64,000 nucleotides of DNA from Alphaproteobacteria bacterium (GTDB taxonomy: Bacteria; Pseudomonadota; Alphaproteobacteria; MPNO01; UBA830). A program made the position numbers and the translations under genes. The stretch is from contig OZ219791.1 of NCBI GenBank assembly GCA_964291215.2, positions 2,496,001 through 2,560,000 on the forward strand, given 5' to 3'. Every line of letters begins with the position of its first letter. The first letter of the stretch is position 1. Positions 11,582 to 22,343 of this stretch are shown here, one piece after another. The notes below the pieces were generated by a model. That model saw only the letters and a program-made list of their open reading frames with translations, searched no databases and was not told the DNA's origin.

Positions 11582-12072
11582 CCATGGACATCCGGGCGGA
11601 CGCCGATCCCGGTGTCCGGCGGATCATTGAGGACTTCATCGTCGATTATGCGCACATGATTGACGATGACCGGCTTGAGCAATGGCCGGACTGCTTTACG
11701 GATCCGTGCACCTACAGGATCATCAACCGGGAGAACCATGCCCGGAACCGCGCCATCGGGGTGATGGAGTGCCGAAGCCGGGGGATGCTCCAGGATCGCA
11801 TCAGGGCGCTCCGCGAGGCCAACATCTACGAGCCGCATTTCTACAGGCATCTTCTGTCGGGTACGCGGATTCTCGGGTGTGACGGCAACGTCTGGCAGGC
11901 CGAGACCTCGTATACGGTCATCCGCACCATGCAGGAGGGCGACATGTCGGTCTTCAGCACCGGCAAGTATGTCGACGAGATCGTCCTGGACGATGATCGT
12001 CCGCGCTTCCGCTCCCGTATCGTGGTCACGGATTCCATGCGTGTGCATACCCTTGTCGTCATTCCCCTCTGA
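11578..12072 (+). CDS. Aromatic ring-hydroxylating oxygenase beta subunit
   Basis: IDDDRLEQWPDCF, GMLQDRI..LREANIYEPH, ends LVVIPL; overlaps alpha stop (GTGA). Confidence 0.9.
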   Translation: MTMDIRADADPGVRRIIEDFIVDYAHMIDDDRLEQWPDCFTDPCTYRIINRENHARNRAIGVMECRSRGMLQDRIRALREANIYEPHFYRHLLSGTRILGCDGNVWQAETSYTVIRTMQEGDMSVFSTGKYVDEIVLDDDRPRFRSRIVVTDSMRVHTLVVIPL

Positions 12073-12093
12073 CATGCGGGCGGCAACCGGATA

Positions 12094-13149
12094 GTGATGA
12101 CAGCGCTTCCGCGCGTCGCAATCGCGATCGGCGATCCCGCCGGCATCGGTCCCGAAATCGCGCTTCGGGCGGCCGGAGACGATCGCGTGCGTGCGCGGTG
12201 CCGTCCGGTCATCGTCGGCGACCGCGCGGTACTGTCGCACTATGCAGACCGCCTCGGCCTCGCGGTTCCCGACGAGTTCGTGGATGTGGCGGCGTTCGAC
12301 GCGTCCCGGCTGATGCCGGGCAGCAGTTCGGCGGCGTGCGGCGAAGCGATCCTGGCCTACGCCGCGCGCGCGGTCGATATGGCGATGGCGGGAGAGGCGG
12401 ATGCCGTCGTGGCCTGTCCGCAGACTCAGTCCTCGATCGCGGCCGCCGGAATCGCGTTTGACGGCTATCCGTCGTTTGTCGCTCGTCAGACCGGCGCCGA
12501 CCCCGAAACGGTGTTCATGATGCTGGTCTCCGACCGCCTGCGCATCGCCCATGTGACGCTGCATCTTGGTCTCCGCGCCGCGCTCGAACGGATCGACCGG
12601 CGGCGCGTCCTGTCGACGCTTGCGGCCACCGATACCGCCCTCAGGAGCCTCGGCATAGCGGCACCGCGCATCGCGGTCTCGGGGCTCAACCCCCATGCTG
12701 GCGAGGGCGGCCTGTTCGGGGACGAGGAAATCGGTACGATCGTGCCCGCGATCGCCGAGGGACGGGACCGGGGAATCGATGCCCATGGCCCCTTTGGTGC
12801 CGACACGATGTATCTCGACGAGTCCTATGACGCCTATCTCGTGATGCTCCACGATCAGGGCCACATCCCGGCGAAGCTCGTGCAAGGCGCTGGCGTCGCC
12901 GCCTTCGCCATCGGCACCCCGATTACGTTCTCGTCGGTGGCGCATGGCAGCGCGCTCGACATTGCGGGCCGCGGGCTCGCTGATCCGGCGGCGCTGATCT
13001 GGGCGCTGGAGCAGGTTTCTGGATGCGCGGGGCGGCGCCGAAACCTGACGGGTTTCAGGTCGGCACGGCCAGAGCAACCAGCCGGGGCTCCAGGCCGCAC
13101 CTCGATGCCGGCAAATGCCGCTTTGTCTGCGCCAAACATGCGCGAATGA
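12094..13149 (+). CDS. PdxA-family dehydrogenase, TphB-like by context
   Basis: GDPAGIGPEI, HVTLH, GLNPHAGEGGLFG, HDQGHIPAK, SVAHGSALDIAG; last ~35 residues look like a non-conserved tail. Confidence 0.85.
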   Translation: MMTALPRVAIAIGDPAGIGPEIALRAAGDDRVRARCRPVIVGDRAVLSHYADRLGLAVPDEFVDVAAFDASRLMPGSSSAACGEAILAYAARAVDMAMAGEADAVVACPQTQSSIAAAGIAFDGYPSFVARQTGADPETVFMMLVSDRLRIAHVTLHLGLRAALERIDRRRVLSTLAATDTALRSLGIAAPRIAVSGLNPHAGEGGLFGDEEIGTIVPAIAEGRDRGIDAHGPFGADTMYLDESYDAYLVMLHDQGHIPAKLVQGAGVAAFAIGTPITFSSVAHGSALDIAGRGLADPAALIWALEQVSGCAGRRRNLTGFRSARPEQPAGAPGRTSMPANAALSAPNMRE

Positions 13150-13284
13150 AAGACACCAGAATCCCCAACAGGATTGTTGACAACGAAGATGTTGGCAAAG
13201 AGCCTTGTCCGGCCGCTTTTTCCCATGTCTGCTTTTGCGGATCCGGATGCCGCAGCCGGACGTCGATGGTCGGCCGTATTTCCG

Positions 13285-14424
13285 TCAGGACGGTTTCCTG
13301 AACTGCCGGGAAAGCTTCAGGCCCTGACCCTGATAGTGCGAGCCGATTCCATCTCCATAGATCCTTTTCGGCCGCTTTGCCATGCGTTCGTACCGCAGAT
13401 GCGCGACCAACTGCCGGTGCTCAAGTAGAAACGGCACATCGTGGGACCGGACTTCCAGTACGCCGCGTGACGCGACCGTGGAACGGTTCGGGCTCCAGCC
13501 GAAACCCGGATCGAAGAACCCCGCGTAATGAACCCGGAACTCGCCGACCAGGGTGTCATAGGGGACCATCTCGGCGGCGTAGTCCGGGGGTACCGCGATC
13601 GCTTCGCATGTGGCGAGAATGTAGAAATCGCCGGGGTTGAGAATCAGGCCGTTGCCGCGGGCGAACAGCGGCTCCCAGTAGTCGGCCGGATCGTAGCGGT
13701 CGTCCTGATCGAGATCGATGACGCCGGCATGATGCCGGGCGCGCCACCCGATCTGCCTGTCCGGCTGGTTGCCGGACAGGTCGATATGGAGACCGAGTCC
13801 GCCATGCAATTCGGTCTCTGCCGGATCGAGATCGCGATCGAGGAGCGGCGCCTCGTGGTGGAGGTCCGGGAGGTCTGTTGCTCCGACCGTCGACATGCCG
13901 TTGCGCAGTCGAAGCTGAGTGAGTCGAGCGCCGGTGCGAACCGAGATGGAAAACGTTCGTGGCGACACTTCGGCATAGAGCGGGCCGCTATAGCCCCTGT
14001 CGATCAGGTCGAAGTGCCGGTTGCGGTCCGAGATTACCCGGGTAAACACGTCAAGACGCCCCGTGGAACTCTTGGGATTGGCGAAGGCGGAGACGTGCTG
14101 CGGCAGGTTCAGCCGTTCGAGCAGCGGAATGATGTAGACGCAACCGCGCTCGAGAACGGTGCCGTCGGAAAGGTCGAGTCGGTGCATCTCGAAATCGCGC
14201 ACCCGATCTTCGACGGTGGTCCCGGGGCCGGGAAGGAAGCTTGCCGGAACGCGCCACGCGAATTCGCCGAGCCGGAGATCGAGGCTCGCCGGCTGGATCG
14301 ATGAGATGTCGATCGACGGGTCGGCCGAAATGGCGTCGTGCGCGACCATCTCTTCGAGTGCCTGCGAGGGAAAAATGCCCCGCGGATAGTCCGGGGATGC
14401 GGGGTCGGAGATGGAACCGAGCAT
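13285..14424 (-). CDS. dcd: 2'-deoxycytidine 5'-triphosphate deaminase (long alphaproteobacterial type)
   Basis: IQPASLDLRLG, ANPKSSTGRLDVFTR, GEFRVHYAGFFDPGFG, YQGQGLKLS. Confidence 0.92.
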   Translation of the reverse strand: MLGSISDPASPDYPRGIFPSQALEEMVAHDAISADPSIDISSIQPASLDLRLGEFAWRVPASFLPGPGTTVEDRVRDFEMHRLDLSDGTVLERGCVYIIPLLERLNLPQHVSAFANPKSSTGRLDVFTRVISDRNRHFDLIDRGYSGPLYAEVSPRTFSISVRTGARLTQLRLRNGMSTVGATDLPDLHHEAPLLDRDLDPAETELHGGLGLHIDLSGNQPDRQIGWRARHHAGVIDLDQDDRYDPADYWEPLFARGNGLILNPGDFYILATCEAIAVPPDYAAEMVPYDTLVGEFRVHYAGFFDPGFGWSPNRSTVASRGVLEVRSHDVPFLLEHRQLVAHLRYERMAKRPKRIYGDGIGSHYQGQGLKLSRQFRKPS

Positions 14425-14600
14425 GCGGACAGTTTACGCGAATCGGCGGGGATGTGCCGGTCCTCTGGAGCGCGGACTGTGGATAACGGCGCCATGTCGG
14501 GGTCGGGTGCTCGCAGGCTGCCTTCCAGCCAGCCCCCATAAATGCCGTGGGCCGCCGATATGACCTGCCCATGTAGGGCCGCAGAAACTCCTGAACGGTC

Positions 14601-14756
14601 GTAACTGCTCACCCCCCTAGTTTCGGCTTGATGTCGGGGAAGAGCAACGAACGGGTTTTTACACTGTAGACGAATTCGTTAGTGGTGGTCATCGAGAGCG
14701 GCGGGGACCGCCAATGGGCTACTTTGGATCCAAGGCGACGAGCGGGTTGTGCCAGC
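14601..14756 (+). mobile_element. Isolated, diverged left end of the IS66-family element
   Basis: GTAACTGCTCACCCCC...ATGGGCTACTTTGGATCCAAGGCGACGAGCGGG similar to 48172-48330. Confidence 0.8.
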
Positions 14757-15164
14757 AAACCGCCGAAGAGCGTTCCAATCGTGCTTTCTGACTGCTCAAC
14801 CCGTCGGGCGATGCAAGTCGTTGCGCCATCGGCATTCAGCCCGAGCGGTGCTTGAGCGGCAGCGCCCGCCGCGCACTTGCGGAGACAGTCCTGCGATCCG
14901 CCGCGCGGCTTCCGAGCGGCACTACAGGAAGCACGAGGGAACGATGCAATGCGCGAAGTCCCGTTCATCGGCGGCGTCATTCGCCCGGCCTGTACCGTCG
15001 GCGGCGGTGCAGGCCGGGACGCTGCCGCCGATGAACAACGGTGGCTGCACGGGTTGCCGCCGATGATCGCCGGGAGGTGCTCCCGCTACCGCTTCGAACG
15101 TTGCCGCTGGACGCGACGACGCGGCGGGCGCTTCCGACGTGTGCGTGGTGCGCCACGGTGAATC

Positions 15165-15346
15165 ATGAAGGTCAGGCACAAGGGACCGCAGGCGCTGCAC
15201 GAGCGCGACGCCGACGCGCCGGGCTTCCGGCTGTATCCCCGAAGGGCGACCGCGCGGGTCAGTGGAGCGTCCGTGTCTCCGGCAACTGGCGTGTGGTGTT
15301 CCGCTTCGAGGATGGCGAGGCCGTGGACCCGATCGACAGTCACTAA
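15165..15346 (+). pseudogene. HigB/RelE-type toxin remnant
   Basis: HKG..AL start then, in another frame, KGDRAGQWSVRVSGNWRVVFRFEDGEAVD; middle missing. Confidence 0.7.
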
Positions 15347-15359
15347 CAGAAGGGGAACG

Positions 15360-15680
15360 ATGACCCTGAACGAGGTTGCAGGCGGCCGCGTCGGCCCGAT
15401 TCTGAACTTGTCGCACCCGGGCGAACCCGTCCGCGAGAGCATGAACGATGTGTGCTGGGCCGTGATCGGGACGGCGGCACGTCCCGGATGCCAGCGCGGA
15501 ACGCTGTCGCGCCTGCTGAACGGCAAGGCGGGGGTGTCGGCCAGGATGGCGCTGGCGTTGGAGGATATCGGTGGGGCCACCGCCGGGCACGGGATGCGGA
15601 TGCCGGCGAGCCACGAGCTTGAGCAGGCGCGTTGGCCGCGGAATACCGCCTCGCAACGCGCCACGGCGTCGCACGCATGA
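15360..15680 (+). CDS. HigA-type XRE antitoxin, possibly decayed
   Basis: HPGE, RGTLSRLLNGKAGVSARMALALE; follows toxin remnant; several conserved positions look substituted. Confidence 0.7.
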   Translation: MTLNEVAGGRVGPILNLSHPGEPVRESMNDVCWAVIGTAARPGCQRGTLSRLLNGKAGVSARMALALEDIGGATAGHGMRMPASHELEQARWPRNTASQRATASHA

Positions 15681-16012
15681 TCCAACCTCTTGCTCGCCTG
15701 CGGGCCGGTAGACAGAGCCAGCCAGCATTGACCTGCGCATGTCGGGTGGCCAGATCGAACTGGCCGTTTGTTTGTCAAATTGGCATCGCGTACATTCGGG
15801 ACAGTGAAATTGAGGGTCAATGAACCTCTTGCAAAGTGATCCACTACCGAATTCCGGGTTTGATTGATGTTGCCGTCGATTTGTGTACGGGCCCGATTGC
15901 CGAGCGGGGTGTCTGTAAGCGGACTGCCGGGTATCGTTGAAGGCGGCTGCAGGAGGAGGGTGCGCCGGTCTGCCGGGCGGACCGACAACCCAACCGGCGA
16001 ACGAGGCAAGGC

Positions 16013-16474
16013 ATGATGATGATCCGGCGCATACTCCTGGCTCTTGCCCTGGTCCTGCAACTCTCGCCTGCCGTTGCGCAGCAGCCGGACAGTGCCGGGC
16101 AGGTCGACGCCCTTCGTGCGCGCGCCGAGCAGGGTCATGCTGACGCACAGGCCAAGCTCGGCCTTTTTTACGACGTAGGCTTGGGCGTGCCGCAGGACTA
16201 TGCGGAGGCCGTCCGGTGGTATCGCAAGGCGGCGGAGCAGGGTAACGCCGCTGCACAGGCCCTTCTTGGCATCATGTATGAATCTGGGTGGGGCATCGCC
16301 CGCGATCCGGTGCGGGCACACATGTGGTACAATCTCGCCGCCGCCAGAGACTCTAACAAAGGTATCCGGGCATATGCCGTAAACGGTCGGGACCGGGTGG
16401 CGCAGCAATTGACGGCGGCGCAGCTCCGCGAGGCGCAACGGCTTGCGCGGGCGTGGCGGCCGGGTAGGGACTAG
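16013..16474 (+). CDS. Secreted Sel1-like repeat protein
   Basis: Signal peptide-like N-terminus; two Sel1 repeats AEQGHADAQAKLGLFYDVGLGVPQDYAEAVRWYRKAAEQGNAAAQ. Confidence 0.9.
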   Translation: MMMIRRILLALALVLQLSPAVAQQPDSAGQVDALRARAEQGHADAQAKLGLFYDVGLGVPQDYAEAVRWYRKAAEQGNAAAQALLGIMYESGWGIARDPVRAHMWYNLAAARDSNKGIRAYAVNGRDRVAQQLTAAQLREAQRLARAWRPGRD

Positions 16475-18729
16475 GCCGAAGTTCCGTATGAGTAAGCGTT
16501 CGTTCGTGCGGTGAGGTGTTGTTGTTTTCGTCCGTTTGACGGGCTCTTGTCAGGGAGTTCCAGCGTCACCCGGAGCGGTTTCGTGCACCGGGATGCGCGG
16601 TGAGGGGCACTGGCGTCATGCCGTGTTTTCCGCATTGGTTGTGGTTTTGTCCCGGCGCTGCGGAGGCAGAGCTGAGCGCCATCCCGTGCCGGTTGCAGGG
16701 TTCAGCGATTGAGGGTCCGCTTCCAGTCCTTGCGGAGCGGGCCAGATGTCCTTCTTCGGCTTCTGTCATGTCGGTCGTGGCGGCCGCTGGTTGTCCCGAC
16801 GCGGCCGGCAGACGCCGCGGCGCGGGACCAGGGTCTCGCAGGGCACGGGCGCGGTGTTGCAGCGCGCGCTCCATGCGGCGGTCGAGAAGCAGCGGCTCGC
16901 CGCATGGACCGCGTAGCGCATCTGCGGCGCCGACCAGGCGCGTGTATCCGAGGTAGTGTCAGCGGGCGGAGCTCGTCGAGGGTCTTTGGGGCGGCGGTGT
17001 CCGACGTGATCAGCTTCGGGGCCGACAGCGGCAGAAGGCGCGGGCGATGGGGTCCGCTCCGTGATCGTCGCAGCACTGCGCGACCATGAAGTCGCGCCCT
17101 CGACCTCACGGCGGCACTGCGAATCTCCGCCGCCTCTCCGGGCTCACGGCAACCAGGGCGACAGATCGCCGTTCTCCGCGCAGGCATCAAGCCAGCGCAG
17201 AACGTCGAGGCCGCTCCTCGCGACCGTACCGTGTACATGACAGCCGTCCATGCTGTCGGAACCGAAGCCGGGCTTCCGCCCGTTGGCCGGGGCCCCTGAT
17301 AGCCCTTTCCCCGAAATTGTTGTCCATGGTCGACGAACACGCGATGGTTGAGCGCAGCGGCCTGCCTTCCGGCGACGCTTTCGGAAGCCTCGGCGCTTCC
17401 GCAAACAGCGATCGCAGTCTCCGGCGCCGCCTGCGTGGCCTCGAACGCCGCCGGAAGCAAGGCAGTCGAGCCGTGTTCAGGCAGCAGATCTCCGCGATCG
17501 ACCCGTTCGTCCGCCCACCCCTCCAGCTGCGGCCGGCGCAGTCCGGAAGTCGCGCCGACAATGCGCCCGGCAACAGCACAGGATGATGAAGGGCCACAGG
17601 CGCGCCAGCTTCTTGCAGGCGCCGTAGCGGTCGCAGACATGGGGGCGTCCGCGAACAGCTTCGCCGCGACCTCGGCGCTGCGCGAGGGAGAGGACCGCGT
17701 CACGGCTGACCGATGTCCGGAGCCAGGCGCGACTTTCGGACCTCCCTTGGGGCCCGGATGCATCGGCATGGCGCAGACCCCGGTGCGCGAGGACCGCGTC
17801 CCGAAGCGGCTCGAACAGGGGCAGCATCCGGCTCGCTGGCCAGCGTTCCCGGCGAAAGCCCCTGGACGCGGCGCAAGGGCCGCATGCACGCGCTCGTGCA
17901 GCACATGCGTCCACACCCGAATGCGGTGCCGGGAAACAGCCGCCACCGGTGAACCGGGGCAGTCACAGCCCCGGCGGACAATCCGCCGCTTTTGATCACG
18001 ATGATCCTGGTGCGAACCGTTGGCAACGCAGCACGAGCAGGCGTCCTCCGCCACCTCCAGCCGCTCCTCCACCTCCTCGAACGCCGGCCGCGGCCAAGAG
18101 TGCCGCGCTTCGACGACGCCCGCTGCCTCTTCTCGCTCTTGCGCCCGTACGACCTGTTCGAACGAAGCTTGTCGTTCTCCGCCTCGAGCGCCCCGACCCT
18201 TCAGAACCTTCATCGCGGTCTTCAGGCCGGTATTCTCCATGCGCGGCGATACCACCGTCGACCGCTTCCGCGCGCCGGCCTCGGCAAGAAGCCTGCCCGG
18301 ACGCACAACCTCCTGCTTCAGCGCAAGAGACTGCTTCGCCGTCCGCCGAACTTCCCTGACCTCCGCACGGGCAGCTGACAGCTTCTCGCGATTGCTCTCG
18401 AAAATCGCCTTCAGGGAATTCGCGCGGCTGCGCTCCTCCACCTCCTGCAAGCGCAGCTCCTCACAGCGACCCTCCGCAGCCTCGGCTCGAATACGCTCGC
18501 GATCGTACAGGGACTTCCAGGTGGCCGAATCACGACACGACGACTGCGACACGTCGCCAGCGGCGTCCGCACCCGATGATGACACGAAAGCCTCGATGCA
18601 CATGACCATCTGATGGCACCGCCAAAAAAAATTTACCAGCCCCCTTCTCCGAATCACCAAAACAAACCTCGGCGCAGATCGTCATCACCGCATGAACGAA
18701 CGCTTACATCATACGGAACTTCGGACTAG
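16471..18729. repeat. 21-bp inverted repeat pair enclosing the IS66 insertion
   Basis: CTAGGCCGAAGTTCCGTATGA (16471-16491) versus TCATACGGAACTTCGGACTAG (18709-18729), one mismatch. Confidence 0.8.
16492..18707 (-). mobile_element. IS66-family element (different lineage), degenerate
   Basis: Ends GTAAGCGTTCGTTC / GAACGAACGCTTAC; fragments CDRYGACKKLA, CCCRAHCRRDF, MDNNFGERAIRGP in different frames. Confidence 0.85.
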
Positions 18730-20087
18730 GGAGCGGAACGACTGACAATATCCGGCGCGTCTTCCCGATCGATACAGCCATGGTTTGCCAACTGCGTCCG
18801 GATCGTCATCGGCGATACGTTGAAGTGATCCGCGGCTTCATTCTGTTTTTCTTCGGAATAGTCGCCGTTCAACATCTCTTCCGTGGAGGCAAACGGGCTC
18901 AATAACTCCGCAGCGAAGGCTCGTTGCGCCTTCTGTCTGTAGCTGCGGGCGCGCGTTGCCGGGTTCAGCCGTTCGCCAGCGTAACTCAGTTTGCGGCTTA
19001 GCACACGGTCGCCCACCAGACGCGCCAGATCGAACCGACGCCCCGTTTCCCATTTCGATCTGAGCGCCACATGCGCGGTGCCACCGCCTTGTCCGCTCAG
19101 CACAAACGACACAGCGTGCGACCGCCTGTTCGTGTCCTTAATGGCATCGACCGTCGTCCCCGCGAATTCAGACAACTGGGCGTTGGAAACCGGTTGGCCG
19201 TCCAGATTCAATCGGTCGCGCAGGCTGCGGGCGGCGCTTTTTCCGACACGCCACGCCGCGGTTTCTGCAGGCTCTGGAATATCCGCATCGCATTCCAAGG
19301 AAACGGCGTCGTCCAGATTGGTATTGAAGCCGTTGTTGCATGCGATGCTCGACAGCTCCGTGGCTGAGAGCATTTGATCTTGCCCATTGTCGTGAAGCGC
19401 GGCGTCGCAGGCCATTTCGCCCAACGCCCATTCGCCAAGCGTTGCCATATCGCCGAGACGCTCCAGCAGAACAGTGTCGTCAATTTCGTCTGGATCGTAC
19501 CCCAACTGAGCTTCCAGGCGTCGGAAACGGGCAGCCTCGGGATCTTGTCGTTCTGCCTTGAGATCGTTCCAAAGGCGATGAAGGTTCGAGTTCCCGATGT
19601 TGCGGCTGCCCAATCTGGTCAGGATATTTTCGATGAACCCGTCAATCGCCGTTTCCAACTGTGCGGGAGGAACAATTTCGAGTTCGGCTGCACCGATATA
19701 GCGAAACGAAACTTTCCCGGGGTTCCGTGTCGGGCTGGACTTGAGGAATGTCTGGACCCCATCCGTGAAGACTAGGATATTCGGCCATGCATAGCCCTCA
19801 CCGACTGTCGCCATCGAGTGAGCAAACTCCCAACGGCGTCGGGCGCTTTCCGCCGAGGGTCGTTCGCCCTCCCACCGAATACGCCACCAGTTCCAGATGA
19901 ACCACTCGGCGAGTGGGTATCCCGCAATGTGCGGGCCGTGGCGGAGTTCGTTGCTTTCGAGATCCTGACCGACAGTCAGCAGTCGTTCGTTCGCTGTCAT
20001 TGAGAACAGGCCGAACGTCACCCTTTCTCGCGCCGAGCCCGAAGGGAGTTCCTCAGAAGAGAGTGAAATTGTCAGTTCGCTCTGCAT
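18726..20087 (-). CDS. Hypothetical protein with C-terminal ImmA/IrrE (peptidase M78)-like domain lacking HExxH
   Basis: 453-aa open frame from MQSEL; RRFDLARLVGD where RFTLAHELGH is expected, then RAFAAELLSP and HFNVSPMTI. Confidence 0.65.
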   Translation of the reverse strand: MQSELTISLSSEELPSGSARERVTFGLFSMTANERLLTVGQDLESNELRHGPHIAGYPLAEWFIWNWWRIRWEGERPSAESARRRWEFAHSMATVGEGYAWPNILVFTDGVQTFLKSSPTRNPGKVSFRYIGAAELEIVPPAQLETAIDGFIENILTRLGSRNIGNSNLHRLWNDLKAERQDPEAARFRRLEAQLGYDPDEIDDTVLLERLGDMATLGEWALGEMACDAALHDNGQDQMLSATELSSIACNNGFNTNLDDAVSLECDADIPEPAETAAWRVGKSAARSLRDRLNLDGQPVSNAQLSEFAGTTVDAIKDTNRRSHAVSFVLSGQGGGTAHVALRSKWETGRRFDLARLVGDRVLSRKLSYAGERLNPATRARSYRQKAQRAFAAELLSPFASTEEMLNGDYSEEKQNEAADHFNVSPMTIRTQLANHGCIDREDAPDIVSRSAP

Positions 20088-20552
20088 CTCAGCCCCCATT
20101 CTTCCAGGACCAGACGCCGCATGCTGTCATCGTCCTTGCCCAACTCGTAGCCGTGGTAGTGCCGACTGCCTTTGCTCAAGCTTGGATTCGTACGCACGGC
20201 CATCGGGATCCACTGCCCAAACGTACTTCGGAAATCCATCTTCGCCGATGCTGCTGATCATCCCTCGTTCGATGCCTTCGCAGAAAAGGGCCCTCGCTTC
20301 GTTCAAGCTCACGATGCGGCCGCTGCCGTCGCACAGCGACTTGTTCGGATGTGGGTTCGCCGGAGGATAGAAACTGTAGTCGGCGCTCTTGTGTTTGTGA
20401 AGCGCGCTGCCAGTGTAGCGGGCCTCGTCCACGAGGCGTTTCAGGACACTGCGGTCTATCTCGTGTCTCGTGACGAATCTGCGTTTTGGATTGTTCCCCT
20501 GACGTTTCGGCACCCTGATCGACTCCTGATCCAAACTTGGCGCTGATGGCAT
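20072..20552 (-). pseudogene. Small hypothetical protein with a single frameshift
   Basis: RYTGSALHK...KSLCD...FPKYVWAV...YESKLE, continuing after a 1-nt shift near 20172 as GSRHYHGYELG...EEWGLRCRAN*, stop overlapping the next gene's start. Confidence 0.6.
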
Positions 20553-20641
20553 CCTGCATATGGACGGCTATGCGGACTACAACCGACTGACCCTGCCAAG
20601 CCGCAAGGGCGGCGCGCCGATAAGGCTGGCATATTGCCGAC

Positions 20642-21914
20642 TAGTAGTCCACCGGCATTGTATTGATGGTTTTTTGTGGGTAGTATTTCCGTGTCGGCGT
20701 TCGTTGGAATCCGGACAGTGCCGATATCCACACGGGCAGATGCCGAACAGGCAGGCAGCCGCAGCCCCATGCGCAGGTCCGGACAACGGGCATGCCCGCA
20801 GGTCTTCGGCGCAATGACAGGAGCAGCGCATATGGCCAACTCTCGGGGCAGGAAGCTCTACCGGGTGACCCTTTCGGCGCAGGAGCGCCGGGATCTGAAG
20901 GCGATTGTCGACGGCACCGGGGCTGCCTGGCGTCGGCGCCGGGCACAGGTCCTGATGCTGGCTGACGAGGGGCGCGACGGCGCTCGGCTTGTCGATGCCG
21001 ACATTGCGCAAGGGCTGGGCATCGGCACGGCGACGGTCGAGCGTTTGCGCAAGCGCTGCGTTCTGGAGGGGCTGGACGCCGCCCTCAGCCGCAAGGAGCA
21101 GGTGAACCGTCGGCCGAAACGGGGGCGATGGAAGCGAAGCTGGTCGCCCTGGCCTGCTCATCCCCGCCCGAGGGCTGTGCCCGCTGGACGCTGAAGCTGC
21201 TCGCCGGCCGTCTGGTGGAGATGGAGATCGTCGAGCGCATTTCGGAAGAGACGGTCAGGAAGACGCTAAAAAAAGGAGATCAAGCCGTGGCTGAAGCAGT
21301 ACTGGTGCATTCCACCGCACCGGAGCGCACAGTTCGTGGCGGCGGATGTGCTTGACATTTATCAGCGGGACTTTGCCAGGGACGAGGTGCTGAGACCAGC
21401 CGGCAGCAGGAAACCCGCATCCCCCGGTCAGCCGGAGGTGGTCGACTATGAATATGAGCGCAACGGTACGGCCAACCTCTTCATGGCCTTTGCGCCCAAC
21501 GAGAACTGGCGCACGGTGAAAGTCACCGACCGCCGCGGGACTGGGCGCACTTCATCCGGGAGCTTGCCGACGACCATTTTCCCGACAGGAAGATCGTGCT
21601 GGACAATCTGAACACGCACAGTCACTGTATGAAGCCTTCGAGCCCGAAGAGGCGGGTACGAAAGCGGTTCGAGTTTCGCTATACGCCGAAGCATGGAAGC
21701 TGGCTCAACATGGCCGAGATCGAGAGCGGCGCGCTGTCGCGGCAATGCCTTCGGCGACGCATTCCCGACCGCGACACCATGCTGCGGGAGACCGTGGCGT
21801 GGGTCGAGCGCCGCAATGCGGCCGATGTCACTGTCGACTGGCGTTTCACGACGAAGGATGCCCGGACGAAACTGAAGTCACTATATCCCTCAATACAATA
21901 ATGTTAGACTACTA
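20642..21914 (+). mobile_element. IS630-family element, degenerate
   Basis: Ends TAGTAGTC / GACTACTA within CTAG; A-run at KTLKK (~21268); DYEYERNGTANLF, LDNLNTH, YTPKHGSWLNMAEIE, KLKSLYP. Confidence 0.9.
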
Positions 21915-21929
21915 GGGGTGAGTAGATAC
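21912..21929 (+). mobile_element. Isolated right tip of the IS66-family element
   Basis: CTAGGGGTGAGTAGATAC identical to 49758-49775. Confidence 0.75.
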
Positions 21930-22329
21930 CTCGAAAGAACGCCAGCAACTTCGATACGGCATCCATGTTTAAGGCCGGGTTCTGGAAGCAGCCTCGCTTC
22001 GCAAGATCCCGGACGGGGAAGGCCTTGACCCATTCTACCGACGCGGCGGCATTCTTGGCCTCGGCCTCCCGGGCCCGGTGCAACCGATATTCGGATTCGA
22101 TCCCAAGCCAGATGCTGGCATCGACGCCGAGCACCTTCTCGAATTGCAGCGCGGTTCCCGGCTCGAGCGGCACCTTGCCCGAGATGATCTCGCTGACCAG
22201 CTTGGGAGAGCGACTGCACCGGCGCGCGAACTCGGCATGCGAAATATCTGCCGTCTGGAAGCGCTCCTGAAGGACCCGTCCGGGCGGGACCGCATAGTTC
22301 GGGTAAAATTAACTGGTCGCTGTCGCCAT
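21930..22329 (-). pseudogene. HigA-family XRE antitoxin, premature stop and 3' truncation
   Basis: MATATS*FYPNYAVPPGRVLQE...EFARRCSRSPKLVSEIISGK...WLGIESEYRL; TAA at codon 7; cut at the IS tip. Confidence 0.8.
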
Positions 22330-22343
22330 CTGTCCGTCCTCCG

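Noticed and set aside
16702-18660. 652-aa ORF as an intact transposase
   Set aside because: Conserved IS66 motifs fall in other frames; it is a chance open frame across a deleted element.
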